Below, in pieces: positions 36,554 through 41,275 of a stretch of DNA of 41,275 nt. Each line of letters begins with the position of its first letter. The first letter of the stretch is position 1. A program made the translations under genes and the position numbers. The notes under the pieces are model-generated. The model ran no database searches, was not told where the DNA came from, and saw only the letters and a list, made by a program, of their open reading frames with translations. The DNA is from Nemertoderma westbladi (Eukaryota; Animalia; Xenacoelomorpha): assembly GCA_032718475.1 (NCBI GenBank), contig JAUCBJ010003689.1, positions 1-41,275 on the forward strand. The letters run 5' to 3'.

Positions 36554-36866
36554 CTACAACACCTATAACTCTGCAATTTTTAGCTTTTAATATTTTTTAT
36601 TACAAATATAATATATAATATATCTTTGTGTCTCTGTTTATATTTTATATTGTTTACCATTTTACCCAGTTTGGGGGTGTATCTATTTCAATTATTTATA
36701 GATTTGGAATCCTAGTGTGTTTCAAATAGCAGATAAAATCAATTTTTATGAGGCCCCTGCCTACGGTTGGGTGCAACTTTCGCTCGCGTACAACCTTCGT
36801 TCGGGGAAAACCTTTGCCCGCAAGGCAATCCTTCGCCCAATAAGATTTGTGTTAGTAACCATTTAA

Positions 36867-36995
36867 GTTACCAATTGAGGGAAGAAGCAGGTTGCAGAGA
36901 CTGCCTTCTCTAACCAAAACAATAAACGATGTTGTTACCAAATTGAGGGAAAGGAGCAGGTTACACAGATGGCTTTTTCTAACCAAATCAATAAT
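36867..36995. repeat. Two diverged 67-bp tandem copies
   Basis: GTTACCAA(A)TTGAGGGAA...GCAGGTT...TCTAACCAAA.CAATAA at 36867 and 36934. Confidence 0.65.
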
Positions 36996-37952
36996 TCTTT
37001 AGTGGGCCACGGTTGCTTGCAGGCGAAGATTTGCCGATCGTAGTAGTAGTATGATCCAAGGGTCCGACATTCGCACATATCGTTGGTTCCATTTTGAAAC
37101 CCCTATACGTCAAATGTGGCATCACAAAGCAGCATTATTCATTCTAATTTCGTTTTGGAGTAATTAAATTAGTTTTGACATATTTGTAATCTTATGTGAT
37201 TTAAAATAAAACAAAACAAATTGTGTTTGAAAATATTTGAATTGTGTCACATATTAGGTAGGAAACTATGTATATAGTATGTATAATAGTTTGTTTTAAA
37301 AAAACATTTATTACATATTTTACAATTATTACTCAAAAAGCATTAAAACCCTAAGACAAATTCGAATAATTAGATTTTTAAAATATTAATAAAATGTCCC
37401 TTTATTATAATAAACGACAATTCTAGCTCCTGATTCGTTGTTTCCAATTTTATATCAATGTTTCCCACGCTAACCCAGTTTATAATAATAGTAAAATGTG
37501 TTATATACAGTAGGTTGTTTTAAAAAACAATTGCTTTAGCATGCCGTCTATGCAAAACTGGCTTGGATGTATAGAAACGATAAAACGTTTTGAAACGATA
37601 AATATGTTGGAGTATGGGCTTCTATCTAAATAAGTGTGTTAATCGGATACCAAATACATTTTAACAAAGAAATGCAGCCATCTCCATTTAGATGTCGAAT
37701 AGGTGGTTACAAAATGGAATCCACGATATGGGCGGGGTTGGCTTCGCGATAGTAGCATGTAAGGTGTTAAAATTGGTGATATTTTCTCGCTTGTGATTAG
37801 GACGGAAGTACGTCATCGGCTAATTTAGATTTAATTAAATCTACTAATAATAAACTATTAAATAACTGAATATTTATTTTATGGACAGTATTTTCCAACC
37901 TTATAAACGAGATAGTTTATTCTCCCCCCCCCCTTCTCCTTAGTGCATAGCT

Positions 37953-39232
37953 ATGTACAGTACTCATAGTGGACCCAGTGGTCACAAGTGCCAGATAGAC
38001 CATATTCTGTTTCGTAGGAAATACAGGAGCTCTCTACAAGACTGTAATGCATTTACACTTCGACCCTTCTCCAGTGATCACCACCATATTGTGGCCAAGG
38101 TAAGACTTAGTCTGCGTGCTAGCAGAACAACTAAAACAACGGAAAAGGGCCCCCTGGACTGACAACAAAATTCAGAAGTGCCGAAATTACCTCTATAAGG
38201 CGCAGAAAGAGTCCCGACTCAAACAGACTACAGCGGCCAAGAATGCAGTTAAGGCTGCTTCTAGCTCTAGGTCCCTGAACAGGCAGTACTCTGTTAATCT
38301 ACAGGAGCTAATAAACCAACAGGTTGATGCCATCAATGATGCCGATGACAGCAGGCAATTACCCCAGGCATGGAAATCAATCAACTTGCTTACTGGGCGG
38401 AAAAGCCAACTAACCACCAAGGTTAAGGCAGAATCACCAGCCGATCGCCTCAATGGTTGGAAGCCCCACTTTGAAAAGTTCCTCAATAATGACAGTATTG
38501 CCCGATTACGATAACTTTATAGAAGTAAAAGTGTCTGAGTCTGTGGGCCTACAGTACTCCCAGGTATTCCCATTGGCGATATCTCCTTTGCTGAAGTGAC
38601 GGCTGCTGCAAAGAGCATTAAAACCAATCGTGCCAGTGGAGTAGATGGTGTTCCCCCTGAGGTCTTTAAAATACCTGAGTGTTTAAAGCTCATCTATCCC
38701 ATCATAGTAGACATGTACCGAACAACAAGAGTCCCACAAGAAATGAAAACAAATAAGTTGGTGCCAGTTCCCAAGAAGGGCAACCTAACACTCTATGGTT
38801 CTTTTCGGGGAATCTCATTTATCTCGATTGCTGCAAAGCTATACAATAGAATTCTATTAAATCGCCTCAGGTATCCCATTGAGAGACTGCTCCGTGGAAA
38901 TCAGAATGGGTTCCATAAAGGTCGTGGGACCATGGAGCCCATTTTGGCACTTAGAAGGATAATTGAAGAGTTATCAAAAAAGAAAGACAGGCATCTGGCT
39001 GTTATCTTTGTTGACTTCTTCAAAGGCCTTTGATTCAGTCTCTCACTCACGTATGTTCAGCATACTTTCATTATATGGGATACCTGATAAAATTATTGCA
39101 GCAATCAGATCAGTATACGATGGTTTGACAACATTTGTGTCTACTGTTGACGTTGACACAGAACCATTCGAAGTGTTTATGGGGACTCCTCCAAGGAGAC
39201 ACACTCGCGCCATTCTTGTTCATAATTGTGGT
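37953..39232 (+). mobile_element. Decayed RTE-like LINE: end of the AP endonuclease and N-terminal half of RT
   Basis: QIDHIL and SDH (APE), then ASGVDGVPPE, VPVPKKG, FRGIS, NQNGFHKGR, FVDF/KAFDSV and QGDTLAPFLF (RT). It has several frameshifts and breaks off in a (TTA)n tract. Confidence 0.9.
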
Positions 39233-39544
39233 TATTATTATTATAATATATTATTTATTTATTCACAACATAAAAATAAGAGTGAAACCGACACAGAAGC
39301 GACTGGCAGCTATAAAATTAACAAACAATAGGTAAAATAGTTAATGGAACTACTTATAATGGCCGCGTTTTCTAAAATGGGAGCAAACTGATTAGATAAT
39401 GGGAATGAAAAACTTTTTTAAATATATTTAAAATTAATCAATCATTGCACCAATTTATACATAAAAGCGATATACATTCTTACGGTGGTGAGTTGCGGCC
39501 AATTATTGAATTTTTTTTAAACGTTTAAAAAAAAGTTATTTAAG

Positions 39545-39732
39545 TTTGCAAAAAAAATTAATGTTTTGCTAAAAAAAAATAATGTTTTGTTAAAAAAAAT
39601 AATGTTTTGATAAAAAAAAATTAATGTTTTGATAAAAAAAAATTAATGTTTTGATAAAAAAAAATTAATATTTTGTTAAAAAAAAATTAATGTAAAAATC
39701 AATGTTTTGAGAGAAAAAATCAATGTTTTGTT
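39545..39732. repeat. About 21-bp AT-rich minisatellite (AAAAAAATTAATGTTTTGAT)
   Basis: About 8 copies with variable A runs. Confidence 0.85.
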
Positions 39733-39854
39733 AAGTATGCCTACATAGGCTTAGGTACTTCATTCTTGGTTGTTAATTGTGTGCAATACGATTAGACTGT
39801 AGTCTTATTGTACGCGATACCGGTAAGCTATCCGATTAATTATTTCGTACGGAC

Positions 39855-40680
39855 ATGGACAACCGCGTGTTGCTAGAATACTTTAAGAAGGGATTTACAT
39901 ACAAGGAACTCTTGCTTACTGCGTGAAGAGCACTTTGAGGATATTTCTATACGAACAATTCGTCGACGATTGGGCGATATGGAATTGCATAAGAGGTTTC
40001 AAATCGAACGGTTACCCGAAATAGTTAGTGCAATTCTTGCGGAGCCTTCTTCTGGCTATAGACATATGAAAAAATACTGCTGTTCAAGTATGGCCTCTTT
40101 GTCCGTGAGGAAATTGTGGCCTTCATTCAGAAAGCCACAGCATTCAAATTTGATACGTTCAGATCGAGGAACCGAAAACGTGAATGTGGAAACCATTCAA
40201 CGTTTTCTACGCTTTCCACACCGTGACAATTGTGCTTTGACCGGGAAAGTTTTCTTATATGGGAAAAGTTCCCGAAACCAAAGAATCGACCGATAGATAG
40301 GATCGAAAGAACTCTGGTGGTCGAAATTTCCCCAACTCGGATTGCAACTTTGGATGGACCATTTCATGGTGCTAGATTACGAGGGATTAATTGATACATC
40401 TAACGTCCTACATATAGAGATAATACGCTACGTTTACCTGGATTTGCTGCAAAGGACTCTAGAAAATGTGCTCCAGGTATGGTACGCACACCGTTTGAGG
40501 AAGAGTGGGATTATATCGAAGGGTGGTAAGCCAAGTATACTGTATCTCGACAAACCAAACTATCTTAGACCAGTAGGTGCTTCTTCAATTGAGCAGGTGA
40601 AATGTTTTGCGTATGATGTGCCAAACTGTATAGAATCAGTGAAAAACCTTTGTCAGTATTTATTAAATAATGAATTATAA
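39855..40680 (+). pseudogene. Decayed rve-type DDE integrase/transposase gene (IS3EU-like family)
   Basis: An N-terminal HTH-like segment (YFKKGFTYKEL...ISIRTIRRRL) is followed by IRSDRGTEN, FLYGKSSRNQRI and WMDHF. It has frameshifts and stops, and the first catalytic Asp region appears deleted. Confidence 0.65.
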
Positions 40681-40944
40681 TTTAAACAACCATCAGAATG
40701 TGTAAATCTTGGGGATTGTAAAGCGACAGCGCTGTACTTAATTAATATTATTATGAAAGAAATTGATTCATATATTTAGTAAGATACAAACACACTTGCA
40801 TTACTACTGTATGTATTTATTTCAATTGTATTTGAAGTGCATTTTTTGTTCCCCAACTTGTATATAGTTGTCAATAAATAAGTATAGGTAACAATTACTG
40901 AACATATGATTTATAATTATTAAAAACATTTTAAAACCAATTTT

Positions 40945-41275
40945 TAATATAGACAGTAAACCCGAAGAAGTCCCATAACCCGTCTCAATAATCGACAGTA
41001 AACCCGAAGAAGTCCCATAACCCGTTTCAATAATCGACGGGAAACCCGCAGAAGTCCCATAACCCGTCTCAATAATCGACAGTAAACCCGAAGAAGTCCC
41101 ATAACCCGTTTCAATAATCGACGGGAAACCCGCAGATGTCCCATAACCCGTCTCAATAATCGACGGGAAACCCACAGAAGTCCCATAACCCGTTTCAATA
41201 ATCGACGGGAAACCCACAGAAGTCCCATAACCCGTTTCAATAATCGACGGGAAACCCACAGAAGTCCCATAACCC
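40945..41275. repeat. 42-bp tandem repeat, about 8 copies, running off the window end
   Basis: Unit AATAATCGACGGGAAACCCACAGAAGTCCCATAACCCGTTTC, with variants. Confidence 0.95.

Noticed and set aside
40953-40963. ACAGTAAACCC shared by the 42-bp and 63-bp repeats
   Set aside because: Only 11 bp match and the rest of the units do not align, which is too little to claim common origin.
40822-41270. 145-aa and 108-aa repeat ORFs
   Set aside because: Translations of the 42-bp tandem repeat, open in several frames.

Overview
AT-rich, repeat-dense eukaryotic DNA, probably from an invertebrate animal. Two + strand exons encode the Sec7 domain of an EFA6/PSD-family Arf-GEF (3401-3841, 8413-8606). I found no further exon, so everything after 8606 is probably one intron of more than 32 kb. 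Antisense inside it lies a complete two-exon CCDC17-like gene (20924-18368 joined to 16306-14475, 1462 aa) with RFX- and forkhead-like motifs upstream. The rest is mostly mobile DNA. It includes a 2.2 kb element with Polinton/Maverick-type ends, a 63-bp satellite with higher-order structure, a hAT element carrying nested insertions, three RTE-type LINE fragments and a decayed rve-type DDE integrase gene. The largest element is a 13.2 kb Bel/Pao LTR retroelement (23318-36553, minus strand, TSD CTACA). It has lost RT and integrase, carries unknown extra ORFs in the env position, and its 5' LTR is split by a copy of its own flanking host DNA. All calls were made by eye from the sequence and the ORF track, with no database searches.
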